NCBI GenBank assembly: GCA_012026655.1 | Contig: JAAILG010001723.1 | Location: forward strand, 1-62,460 | Source: Hydrolagus affinis | Taxonomy: Eukaryota | DNA: 62,460 nucleotides | Reading direction: 5' to 3' | Part shown: positions 21,375-34,800 of the stretch, piece after piece | How the letters are laid out: every line of letters begins with the position of its first letter | Position numbering within the stretch: position 1 is the stretch's first letter | The notes under the pieces: generated by a model | Databases searched by the model: none | What the model was told of the DNA's origin: nothing | What the model saw: the letters and a program-made list of their open reading frames with translations, nothing else | Translations under genes and position numbers: made by a program

Positions 21375-22851
21375 CAATATTGGTGCTACAAAACCATTGG
21401 TTTGGACAGTTAAACTTCCTGATGTTAGAACCTTTGCAACAGGTGCTCAGATGTTTCTGAACATCACCCATTTTATGTTTGTTCCAACAACAACAAAATT
21501 ACATTTGTGTAGCACAATTCTATGTCTAAGTCCAGGAACAGTGAGGGCTCAGAGGTTGAAGAATTGAGCTGGGAAAAGTTCCCTAAAGACAACCTGGGAC
21601 AATCCAGAGCCCATCAGACCAGCACATAGGAGCTGTGCTGCCCACGGATCTCCAGACCCATCCAAGTTGCTCCCAGCCCTGGGAGACAGAGAGGCCACCC
21701 TCATTCAGAGCAGTCTTTCAATTCTATTACAGAGAACAGTTACATATTTCTTTCAGTAAAGTATTCACCCTGAACATAATCAAAGGGAGAGCGAGCGGAT
21801 TCTTCAATTAAATCTGAGAGGATTATAGAATCTGTGTTGGGCAGGAAACTGCTGGTTTGACTTGGGAAAGTCTTCGATAATAATAATGCTTGCATTTGAT
21901 ATAGCGCTTTTCATGTCTTCTAGATGTCTCAAAGTGCTTCACAGAATGTACTGTCAAATGCAACACGATTAACGCAACAAGATTTCACTGGTTCTTTACG
22001 GGCCAAAATATGCAGCGGTCTCCAAAATCCTATTAAAAGCCCCTTTTCATTGCCTCACATCCTCCATTCTCCAGTTACTTCTGTGGCTGGTGATTAGAAG
22101 CCAATAAATATTAAAGATTTTCAATGGCTTTCAGTTGTCAAACTATTAAACCTCTTTTCTAATGATGATTTTTAAACCACAGTAGCTCAGTCGGCCTCAG
22201 GTTGGTGAGTCCCAAGTGAGCTGGATGTGGAGTAGAGGCCATTTGCTAGTACATAACATTTTATGTGAAACCATTGCTCTTAGCATAATCCCTTTTAAGA
22301 CAATTATTGTACAAGGCTTTCTCCACACTCTTGGGATCAAGATGTTTTCACCACTGTGTGATACATTATGTATAAATAGATTTAAAAGCTTTGATTCCAA
22401 GGCATTCGGGAAGTGAGAGACATGCAGCCTTTTGTTATCAAGGGCAAGACAGCTAATTAGAGTTTGCAGGAATCCACAATATTATAATTACATCAATACA
22501 ACGAGGAATTCTCCAATCTCCCCCTTTAGACTGCAATTTAAACAGTTGTGGGGAAAGCGCAGGGAATTGGCATCAATAACTTGATTTACATAGTGCCCCT
22601 CACACAGAGTATCGTCCACTGCGCTTGACACTGGGTAGTTGGGAAAGGAGTTATATCAATGCAGGTTGTTGGGATCAGTATAATAGCATATTTAGCTACA
22701 TTGGAGGAGAGAGCACCAGCATTGACACGAATGGCCAAATGCCATCCAGGACTGCGATTTCTATGATTATAGTCAGGCTTTCTGAGCTGAATCTCTGAAG
22801 TAAACAGTCCCTTTGTGTGAGGAAAAGAATCTGATCGCTGACCTCAGTTCC

Positions 22852-25800
22852 TCACTCCTTGCTCTCGCGAGTCCACTTGATCATGGTCTCGGGTGACCTG
22901 TAGAGGAAGATGAGTTTGGCGAATAGCTGTTCCTCCAGTCCCAGCTCCCCGGTCTCACGGACCAGAAAGATGTCCGTGCAGAGCTTCAGAATTCTGTCCG
23001 TGTTCGGCAGTTCCTCAAACATTATGGAGCGAGAGATCCCGTTGAAGAACTCGCGGACAAACTTGCCGATGACCAGCACTACAGACATGTACAGACCCAC
23101 AATCCTGGAACACAGAGGCACAGGGAAGATGAAGGGGGAAGGTTACGTTGTGGAGTCGTGTAACTCAGTGGTTACAGCGCGTGCCTCATAAGCAAGAGTC
23201 CTAGGATTGATTCCCGGCAGGAAAGTTTCCGTATTTTACATGCCTGGTAATAGTCCCTCGAGAAAAAAAATAGTATCAATCCACAACTGTTTGTGGGTCA
23301 CTACTGTGCGCAATTGACTGCCGCATTTCGCCCACAAATATACAGTCAATTTAGTTTACAGTGAGTGTATTCTGTGAAGCGCTTATAGAATCAAACAGCA
23401 CAGAAGTACTGTAAACCAAATGTACTGTATTACGGTACATTTGGAGATTACAAACACCCAAATAATACAAAGTGTTGGTGTCTCTACCCATATCCAGCCA
23501 AGAAGCTCAGGCTCGAGGGGCTGACTTTGTCACTGAAGATAGTGAGTTGCAGATTGCTGCAGTCCTGGCCTGCACACTCCTGGACATTCCACCACTTTAT
23601 CTTCCCGCTCGTGGCATTGCCTGGGTTCTCCTCCAGCCTCAGAGAGATGTTCCTGTAGAAGGCCAGGCTCCGATAATTCTCTGTCTTGGAAACATCTGCT
23701 CCCATCGTAAAGCAAAACATACAGCCATCATTTCAATGTTTCGCCCACAAACTATGCAGTGATCCACTTTAAAGTGTATCCTAAGAAGCACTTTGAGACT
23801 TGATAAGCTGCTATATCAAGTATAAGGATTATTATTAATAATAATATTATTCAATATTATTCTTCTCCCTTAGAATCCTCACTAGGTTCTCCAGCTCTAT
23901 TCCACGTGGCCCTGCATTGACCGAGGTTGTCTATGTGACATTCTGTTCTAGAATGTTTATTATTTATTTCCACGCTGTTGTCCTTTTTTTGGTTTCGTAC
24001 TAACTCAGATTCCATCTGGTTTTCCCTCAGGTGTTACAAAGAAACAGGAGGAGTTTCTCCTCTTATCTAGTTTGTGTTCCCTCCTTATCCAAGTTCATTC
24101 CCAAACATCTGATTGATGTGTTGCTTGAAAGAAACTTTTCAGCATTTGGTTGTGTAGGACCAATGGACTACCCTGGCTGTAATCATTATGTGAGGTTGCC
24201 AGAGTTATACAGTAGGGGTAATGGGAACAGAAGGGGAATCTACAGTGTTTTTGCCACATTGCCTTTGGGGTTCAGGGCTTGCATGTGCAGAGCTTCCCTT
24301 TGGGAGAGAGCGTTTTGGGTGAAGTTGAGTAGGAACTTTGACAGGCCAAATGGCTTTTTCTGACTTTACATTCATAATATCCACGCAAATCAAGAACAAG
24401 TAACTTGCATTTATGTTTAAATAATCCCTAAAAAAAGTAAAAATTGGTCATCTCATTCCATGACAGTTTATGGGACACTGTTGTGCACAATTGGCTGCCA
24501 CCCACAAAATATAGTCAATTCATTTTACGCTATATTCTGTGAAGCGTTTGGGGACATCTAGAAGACATGAAAAGTGTCATATGAAATGCAAGGATTATTA
24601 TTAAAGCCACAAACCACATCCTCTCATGTCATCCTCAGCTCATTCCCTGATCTCCAATGGGAATATGTCCGTTCCTTATTCCCAACACCCAGTAGGATGC
24701 AAGTTATTAGAAAGAACTTACAGTTGCTCACTTGTCCAGTTACTCACCCACTTTCAGCCGTCTGGCTTCCTTGGCTTCAAGTCCACCAGGTGCTCGGATG
24801 TACTGTGGGACCAGCCCCTGGATCACTCTGAGAGGAGAGACAATTAAACCAGATGTCACTCCTTAATCCACAACATCTGTGGCAATGATTTAGCTGGAGC
24901 AAAGCTAATTCACTTCCATCAGTGGAGCACTATGCGGCAGGAGCCAGATTTAGAATTCCTACTCCACTTTTGAGTCACATTGTAGCTGTTAAACTTCAGC
25001 CTGGCTCAGTGAGTGGTGCTCTGGCCTGTGGGCTCATACCACACATCTGGACTTTGAACTCACGGTAATATACAGTCATTCACTTCTGTGAAGCGCGTTG
25101 AGATATCTCAAAGGCATGACAAGGCGCTACAGTAAAACCTCGATAATCTGGCACGGTTGGGACCACGCACCTCCCGGCTTTCGGTGTTTGCTGGTATTTA
25201 GAACCTATCCTAGAGATGGTTGGGGAAGCACTGTCTTTATGCACCATGTGTGCTGTAAACACAGCACTGAAGCCGAGAAGGATGGAGTTCCAGAGGGTCG
25301 GGGCAGAAACGCTGAAGGCCCAACCTCCAATGACATATTTCAAGTATTATAGGTTCTGTATCAAATGAGAGGACTATTAAGTTGTTAAGATAATGTGGCC
25401 TTGGGACATCCTCCTGAAGGGCTCTTTACAACTGTAATATTGTTGTTGTGAGTTAATGTGGCCTTGCATGCCAGGAAACTGAGAGACAAACAGCATGCCA
25501 CGTACACAGGCTTCTTCTGGGTTCCTTCTAACAGCTGCACTAGTCCGTCCCTGATATCTCGATCTCTGCAGAGTAGTGTGTTCTTGCCGGTTATCTCCGG
25601 GTTATTTGTAAGAGAAACATTCCTGGAGAAAGACAAAGAGTCAGGCACACGTAGGGACACGGGCAACACCAGCCTGGAGTGGAGACAGCAAACAGCAATG
25701 TGTTTCCCTTTCCCACACTTTTCCCTGCTGGTCAGTTCAGTTTTCTTGCACATTTTCCTTCATAAAGTACAGCCAATGCAACAGACTTCGAGGACACCAT

Positions 25801-28800
25801 ACCAGCTGTGAACTCGTGGATTGAAATTCCGCCTGGTCTTAGCCTGCGAGGCCACTCTGCTTTAACATTTACGATCTTGCAGAATTACACACCAAAAAAA
25901 CTTGAATTCAGACTTAACCTGGGAGCCGGTTATAAACAATTCTTAAAGAGCAATGGACTGTAAGATTACGATTAAAATCAGTGTTTGATATCCAGAGTGC
26001 GTGTAGGAACTGGGACAATCTTGATTGATCTTAAGGAATGTGAGAGAGAGAATTTGATGGATGTTGTTTCTTTCCTTATTTGGAAGACTGGGGTCTAGCA
26101 ATAATGTGTGATATCCCTTGGATAGGACATTGTCCTGATTAATTGAACTCCTGGTGCCGTCCAGTCTGCTTGGACGGGATCTTGAAAGGACTTTACGACA
26201 TGAAGATGTCAAGGAAGGACAATTAACTTGTTAACTTGAATTTTTCACACTTTGTATCAGAGGAACTCTCACGTTCCCGAGATTAAACCTTGATAACTTT
26301 TGTGAGGGGTGCCCGGTGCAAGGTAATGTGATTGGATGAACCAGTCTGGGGATATTTGGTTGCAAGTGTCATTATGGGCTAAAATGGAGTTAGAAACATA
26401 CAAAAGAAAGAGGTAACTTTGGTATAGTTGGGATCATCGTAGGAGGAACAATGAGGCAGCTGGTGGTCAGCGACTTCCACAATAGAATCGGGTAATATCA
26501 GTTTTGTTGAATTTTACTGTTTTAATGTAACAATGATATAATAATTGCATGTGTTAAAGCATTAACCTTTGAATTGTGTTTGATATTAAAAGATTCGTAA
26601 TCCACACCACCTGTATTGGGTAAAGTCTCCTTCTTGAAAAGTTACAGGACTTCAAAATTAAGATTAGAATCATAGAATTATACAACACAGAAAGGGGCCA
26701 TTGGGTGCATCGTGTCTGTGCTGGCTCTTTGAAAAGAGCTGTCCAAATCAATCCCACTCCCCAACTCTCTCCCCACATCCCTGTAAACGTGTCCTCTACA
26801 AATAACTATCTATATCTCTCTTAAAAGTTATTATTGAATCGGCCTCCACTACCCTTTCAGGCAATGCATTCCAGAATCAAACGACTCGCTATATGAAAAA
26901 ATGTCCTTTTAAAATTGCGGTGACCAGAACTGTACACAGCATTCTAAATCACTGATGAGACCATAGTTATACAGTGGCAGGATTACCTCTCTATTTTGAC
27001 TTGCTATTGATCTTTTGATGCATCCCAACATTTTGGTTTGCCTTACTCGCTCTTGTTACGTCTCTGGCCTCCGTCTCTCTTTACTGCTCTTGATCTGTTC
27101 TTTTTCTCTCATTTTCTTGCACTCTGTCTTTTTCCTCTCTGGGTCTTTCTCATTCTTGTTTATCTATCTCGCCATTTTCCTTCCTCTCGCTTTATTGCTA
27201 CATAACATTCACTGAACTGTAAATTAGCTCTTTCTACCAAGCACTTTAGGATGTGTCAGGACATTGGATTCCAATAAGAAACAGTTTGAAGTTAATAGGA
27301 AGTTGGCGGATGTGGGATTAAATCAATGGATATGTTTCATTCCTTATCCATCTTTTGATCTTGTACTGTCGGGGTGACCAGACTGATCAATGCTTCCCTA
27401 ACCTCAACACACTGAGAACTTTTCCATTCTCAAGTACCTCAGGATGGTCCAATAGAGATGGATATAGATGTGGGTCGAGTTAGCAATCTCCTCTCTCATG
27501 GCTTTGAGGCTTGCTGGGCTGATGCTCCACAGTAGATTAGCGTCACTCTTTATGTGAGCTACCATGATGTCCTCTGGCTGATAGTTCACTAAAAACTGCA
27601 TGGCCGACTATGAAGAAGAAAGGGAGTATTTAGCTGACAGTTTTCCAAGACTTTTAACTCTAAATCTATCAGGAACCATATAGCTTATTGGTTAGAGCGC
27701 TCGCCTCGCAAGAGAGAGGACCTGGGTTCAATTACTGCGCGAGGCAAAATTTTAGGGAAATTTCCTTACTCAAGATGACTGTTTACCTAGCAGTAAGTAG
27801 GAACCCGGTTAGTAGTTGATTAGTGGATTGCTTTTCAGAGGGTAAATAATTCCTTAATTAAAAAAAATGTGGTCACTCAAACCACGACTGTTTGTGAGAC
27901 ATTGCTATGTACAATTGGCTGCCGTATTTCACCCACAAATTCTACCAAGCAATTCATTTGATAGTGTATTTTGTGAAACTCTTTGAGATGTCTCAACTAG
28001 GTAATAATGCGCAAGACTAAATACTGTACAAGGATTATTATAATCATCTTCACTCAGGCGGACAATGTGAAACTCACCGGAAATTGAGTGTACCAACTCG
28101 TCAGTTGGTCATACTCCGCGTGGGAGAATGGCCTCAGGTTCTGTTGCTGGGCACTCATTGTAAACAGAGGCTGCACACAAAGAAGCCAAGAGGTTAGCAA
28201 TGATTGAATGAATGTTTTCCCCTCTCAAACACCCCTTATATCTCCCGAAATTCTATCTCCTTTGGGGTACAGCTCTGGGCACCAGGACTGAATAGGCACT
28301 CCATGGTCAGACAGTGTCTTTACCAGTGTAACCTTGCAGCAAGATAAGAAGTATTTTAAAGTTCATATTGCAGCAAAGTGTTCGAGCTGCATTAACAATG
28401 ACAACAAATTACATTTGTACAGCGCCTTTTGTCAGGAGGATTATCCTAAGGCACTGCGTTATAGAGGTTTGTTGGTAAGTGACAGCCACAAAACATCTTC
28501 CCTTTCCTATTCCCCAGACCCTCATTTCAATATCCTTCTTCCCTTAAGGGTTGGTTGGGACTGATTGCTGGCAGAACTTTTGACTGTGGGCAGTCTTACA
28601 GCCAAGAGAACAAAGAAGGTTCAAGAAGTCAGGAGGTTACATTGAGATGTGGTCAGATACCAGCCTAAGAAATATCCCTTGATAGAGATGTGCTTTACCT
28701 CGTATCCACTGATGCTGATTTCAACAGAGACATCCAGAGGTTGGTTGGTCACTCCAGCCACTGACTTAATCAGTGACATGAAGAGCAATGGGAACCATAT

Positions 28801-31800
28801 GATGCAGATCAGCGAGAAGATAATGAGACCACCCATTCCATACTTCACCACCATGTTCTTCTTCTGCCCCGAAGGCTGAGGATACCTCTGAGAATGGACA
28901 AGAATGTATAAATGTAATTTTCCAGTTCTCCATAAATCCATGATGTTCAACACTTCCTCCCCTCAGATATCCACCCCAGCCCTTGCCTCAGAATGGGCCT
29001 TGGTTTGATGAGCACTGCCCAATCCTTGGCAGTTTGTCAATCTATTACCCTGTACAGTGAGTCCTGGTCTATTATGCCAGCCTGGCTCAGTTGGTAACAC
29101 TCACTCCTCTGAGTCAGGAGGTTGTGGATTCAATCCTCCACATTAGGACGTAAACCTCATAATGTCTAAGCTGACATTTTCCTTCAGATGAGACATTAAA
29201 CAAAGGCCCTTTTGGGTGGATGTTAAAGATTCCATTTTCTCTTTTCTAACGGCACTATTAGAAGAGTGTCCCAAATAATTACGTTGTTTTTTTGACATTA
29301 CTGTGCACAAATGTGTCCACAGAACACACAGGCAGTATGCTTGTTGCTCAAATCCATGTTGGCTCTTATCAACACCAGACATCTTGCTGCTCACCTTCTC
29401 CGATTCCCTCCAGCATTTCATGATGAAAATGTTAGCGTAGATATCCTCTACACAAATCCAGCTCGAAATGCTGAGCGTGGTGTCCGTCCACACCCAGTCC
29501 ATCACTGCCCTCAGCTCTGTCAAGAAGGGAATCATCCGAAATCTATGGGAGAAATCTAGATTTATCTCTGTTAATGAAATAACACGTTAGCATTGCCTGC
29601 TAGAGTAAGCTTTGGATTATTTCGTTTTTTAAGATTCTAAAGGGACAGGGTCATGTGGACCACAATAATCTGTTTTATCATCATAGATTTTTGTGGGACG
29701 TTACTTGGATGCAACTGAGCTGCTGCATTTGATTTCAACCATGTAACTAAATGTTACAGTAAATCCTCAGAAGCGCTTTGAGGCATCTCGACAATGTGAT
29801 AAGGGTGCTTTATCAAATGCAAGCATTATTATTATGATTACTCCTACATTTGGCACTGCCCAGCCCTTTCCTCACACAGCTGGTTCTTTCGCATCATTTC
29901 AACTTACCCTTGAAACAGGAACAGGTTGAGGTAGTTGTAACTCTTGGTCAGAAAGTTGCCGAGCACACGGTTTGGGTAGCCACATTTGATCTGATATGCG
30001 GAGAGGCCAAAGTAAACACATTTGAAAAAGTACCAAAGTTGAGCCACAGAGTTCTGGTTGAACCTCCTGGAATTGGAGATCACAGAAGCGATTAGACATG
30101 GTCTCACATCCACTGCTGCACAGCTTCCCAGCACACCTACATACTGAATCCCCAAATCCACTACACTGTCTTTGGTGAAAATGTTTTAAAGCCTAAAAAC
30201 AAACAAGGGAACAAAGTATTTTAAGATCTCAGAATCACCCCCTGAACAGACAATGGGGTAGATGAAATTCCACTTGGGTCTAATTTTACTCTGTTAACAG
30301 CATTTTGGAAGGTACAGAATTTTGCCTATTCTTAAATAAAGTCTTACATCTTGTCATCAAGACATCTCAGTTCAACACTGTATCAAATATAAGGATTATC
30401 GTCAACTAAATATCATCGATTAAAAAAATAGTAATAATAATTTGGTCACTCAATCCCCGACTGTTTGTGGAACACTGCTGAGCGCAATTAGCTGCTGTGT
30501 TTTGCCCACAAAATATTCAGTCAATTCATTTTGTAGTGTATTCCGTGAAGCTTGAGATGCCTTGAAGATATGATAAGGCGCTCTAACAAACACTAGGATG
30601 ATTCTTATAAGAAGTGCTTCCCCAGTTGAGATCAGCCAAGTTAGCACATAGTGGGATTGGAAACTGCAATATTTTGGTCTATGTCACTCAATGCTGGTCC
30701 TATCAGAGCATTGGATGAATCCAGCGATTTCCCCCAATTTACGATGAAACATCTGGAGCTATGTGCTGATATATGTCACCTCTCGGTCACTCCAGGGAGG
30801 ATGAAGAACATCCAGAAATGGATGCCAAACACCAAGATGACTTGGAAGACGACCTTTCCAAGGACAGTTTTACGGAGGTACAGAGCCCTGTCCACAATCA
30901 TGGTGGCAAACTGAATCAGCAGCATCACCAGGAAGGCTTGGGGAACTTGATCCTCGGAGAGAGACTCTGTGATGTCTGCAGCAGCAGAATGCTTCTAAAC
31001 AAGAGAAATATTTCATCGTTAGCCACTTGTGGTCGAGTCCCTTCTCAACCAATCGCCTGTTTCTCAAATTAGTCCATCTATTTTCTATTATATATATATA
31101 ATACATATACACACATATATATATAAATATGTGTGTGTGTTACTATATCTACTCAGAAAGGTGTCGACACATGCAGAAACCCATCACTGTAATTAAGAAT
31201 ATCCAAACCAAACTTGAGAATTCCATGCATCCCATCTACACAAGGACATTCCAGCGATAGATTGTTGGAAATGAAGTGCACAGTCCTTCCCTGGAGGGAT
31301 GCACCTGGATTACCTTATTCCGAAAAAGTATTAGGCTAGGGCAGGTTGGCAAGAGCCGAGTTGTGGAGCCCCCAAAGTGAGAATTGTGGTAACTTCTGGA
31401 GTCTAACCAGCTAAAACCGTATAGATTGTCATTGAGGGAACTGTCTCCACCCACTTACCCCAAAAGCCCAGTAACCAAACACGATGACAATGAAGTTAAT
31501 AACATCCACGAGGAACATCAATACGTAGACGTCACAGACGGCATTGTAGTCGGGATGGATGATGTTGTAGAAGAACTGTCTGATCGGCAGAGAGACCTGG
31601 AGAGCTCTGCGGGAAGGAAAAGATGTTAAACCGAGACCTCAGCGGCCTGAGTGGGTGGATGTTAAAGATCCCATGGTGCTATTTGAAAAGACAAGGGATC
31701 CATCCTAATGAGGAGATGCAGAGAGAATGTGATACAGTGTGTCCTGTGAAGCGCTTGAGATGTCTCAATGACTTGATAAAGCACTATATCAAATGCAAGG

Positions 31801-34800
31801 ATTATTATTATTAAAGAAACAGGACACTGCACTGAATGTTTCCATATATTTTCCCACAACATTCTTCCTGCATCTTCTCATTAGCTGCACAGTTCTTCTG
31901 CCCTCACTCCAATGCCATTCTCTATGTGTGAGCCTGGATGGTGCACAATTGAGTTCTCGATATGAACAGTGTGAACGGGGAAGGGAGGTATAATCGAGTG
32001 TTGTTAGGCTGTTTGACTGTGAACAGCCTGGGAGCTGAGCTCCACTTGTTCTCACCCGATTCCTGCACGTTCCAGCAGAAATCACTGCCACTGAGATTTG
32101 GTCTATCCCAGCACCTTATGACATCTTCCCGCTGTGAAAGGCACTACACAAACGTAATTTATTGTTGTTATGAGGCCATTTTGTCTCTGGATTTAAGATG
32201 ACATGGACTTGTAGAGCTGTGTAAAGAGCTACAGCTGTGTAAAGAGCTTTGAGATATCCTCCCGCATGAAATGTCTCAAACCGTTATATTCTAGACTAGG
32301 GTTAGTTTGCAAAGCGATGGCAGCGAGCGAGGTGACACAGGCACAGATAGGCAGCGAGCAAGCACTTCTTACACAACTGTGGCATATCCTTTTGCCGCAT
32401 TCATCTTTTCCTTCACCGTCTCTTTTAAGAGCCCCCTTTTCAGCTTTGGTAATCGACAGCCTTTCCTCTTCTTTGTTGATTTCTTCTTTGGAGGCTTTGT
32501 CCCGCCTGAGAACGAGGTAATAGACTGGATATTAATCTGACTGTCACTGACAGCAAACACCTCACTGGGCTCTGTCACTAATCCAACACAATGTAATTTT
32601 ACGTTCACATCATGATTTCAGTGTCTTGGGACGTCTTACCGACGTGAAAGGCGTTCTATAAATGTAATTATAAATGTTGTTGTTGATTTTCACATCGGAA
32701 AGACATCTCAAATGCTTTACATAATTGACTGGAAGCCTGAGTGGGGGGACGGGGAGAAAAAGGTGGTTGAAGAGATCGGTCTTACAGGTTTAAAAGAGGA
32801 GAGAGGAGGTGGAGGGACTCCAGGGAGCCAATGTTATTGACTGTGTTTCACCGTGATTAAAGTGAGAGATCAACCCATTACAATTCTAATGTGACTTTAG
32901 AATTCGTGTCTTTAGTAGCATTGACCAGGCTGGTGAGAATTGGGGATGTGTGAACCAGATTCCTGCACCCATTGACTTTCTGTCATAGAAACACAACATT
33001 AATAAAACTCCTGTGTTATGAGGATTTGGAGTCTGAGGCGCACAGACTTACCCTCATCACCTGATGGGCGCGATGCTCGCCTGCGACCCTTCCTGCTGCC
33101 AGGGGATTTCAGCTCGTCCTGCAGGTTGATGGTTTGCATGGTCTCCTCTTGGCAATGGACTAAGTCTTCTTCATTCTCTCCCGTTTGCTTTCCATTCTCT
33201 GTACAGTCTTTCTCCTTCACATCATCCTGAGAGTCCCACAGCCCATGACACTGACAGCCCACGGAGAGGAGAGAAAATGGATCATGAAACAAACATCACT
33301 TTCCCAGCAGAGAGAAAGCCTCTTGTGAAAACAACAAGAACAACAACAAACAACAAAACTTACATTTATCCAGCGCCTTTAACATTGGGAGGCTATCTCA
33401 AGGTGCTGGACATTCAGGGATTTGGACTCAAGTTGGGGTTTGGAATCAGGAGAGGTAGAGGATAGGAAGAGTGGGGGTACAAGGGTGACCAAAGGCATGG
33501 TTGGAAGGGAACGTTTTGCGATGGGCCTTGAAGGAGGAAGGGGTGGGGGCAAGGTGCAGGGATTCCAGGATGGAGTTCTAAAAGGTGGCAGTGGATAGAA
33601 ATACTGAGGCCGGACTGCCGATAGCGGAGTAGGCAGGGGACATGGAGCAAAGACAGGTTGCTGAAGTTTTAATAGGTCCTCAAAAGCATGCCTGTATCTG
33701 TGTGTATTTACCTTGAGAATTGATCTGTGCAGGAATAGTGCGAGGAGCTGGATGAGGTCATAGTGCACATAGCCGGCCTTCTTCTCAACTCCCACTATGT
33801 TTGGGAGGTAAAAGGGCCGGTCGGAATTCATGACCCGAGCGGTGGAGGTAGTCCAGGGAAAGAAGCCAAACTGAAAGCAATACTTCACGACCACGGTGAC
33901 CTGTGGGAAGTGGGGGGCGACTGTCATTCCTAATCTCCATGGCACAGCGGTAGACCATGCAGTCCATTTGAGCTACATCTGGACAGTGCTGAGACAATCC
34001 AAAGTGCTTCACAGTATAGATTATAAATTGAATGTATATTTGCGTATACTTGTGGATGAACCATGGAAACCAATTGCATACATCAGTGTCCCACAAACAG
34101 TCATGGGTTGATTGAACCAATTAATTTTTTTTTAAAAAAAGGATTATTATTCATGGAAAGTGAAGTGCCAATCAACTAACAACCACTGTTTGGTAGCAGA
34201 GGTGTGTGGACTAACAAAAGTTGCCTAAAATTTCACCCTACACAGGAGTCGAACCCAGGTATAAAGATATGATGTTTGTGAGTGTATTAACCCCTATGCT
34301 ATGGGACTCCACAGTTACTGCAGGACAGCATGTCATTCAGTGTACATTGCCAACACTGTAATGTATGGGTTTGTACCTCTGTGTACAGGATGGCCAGCAT
34401 CCAGAAGCGTTTCTTGGGCCGAGGCACAGAGAGCATTCCCCAGAGGAAGACCAGGATGGGCAGAACCAAGGTGAGCACCGAGGCCGAGATGATGTGGTTG
34501 AGGATGATGACAAAGTAGCACAGCATATCCGACTGGGACGCCATTGTGTCGTACAAGGCAAACAGCAGCTTCAGCAAGCGCGGCAACCTGTGGTAGAACC
34601 TCTCAGACTCTTCCAGGTCTGAATCGTGAAACAACCTGATTTAGGACAAGATTCCATTAGATATACAACCAACTGGTATTTTTACAGCATCACACCTCAA
34701 CAATCTCAATCACACCTAATTGCTCTCAATGAAATTTACATTTTACAGCACCTTTCATGTCGGACACACCATTTGCACTAAGATGTACAACATGAATCTC

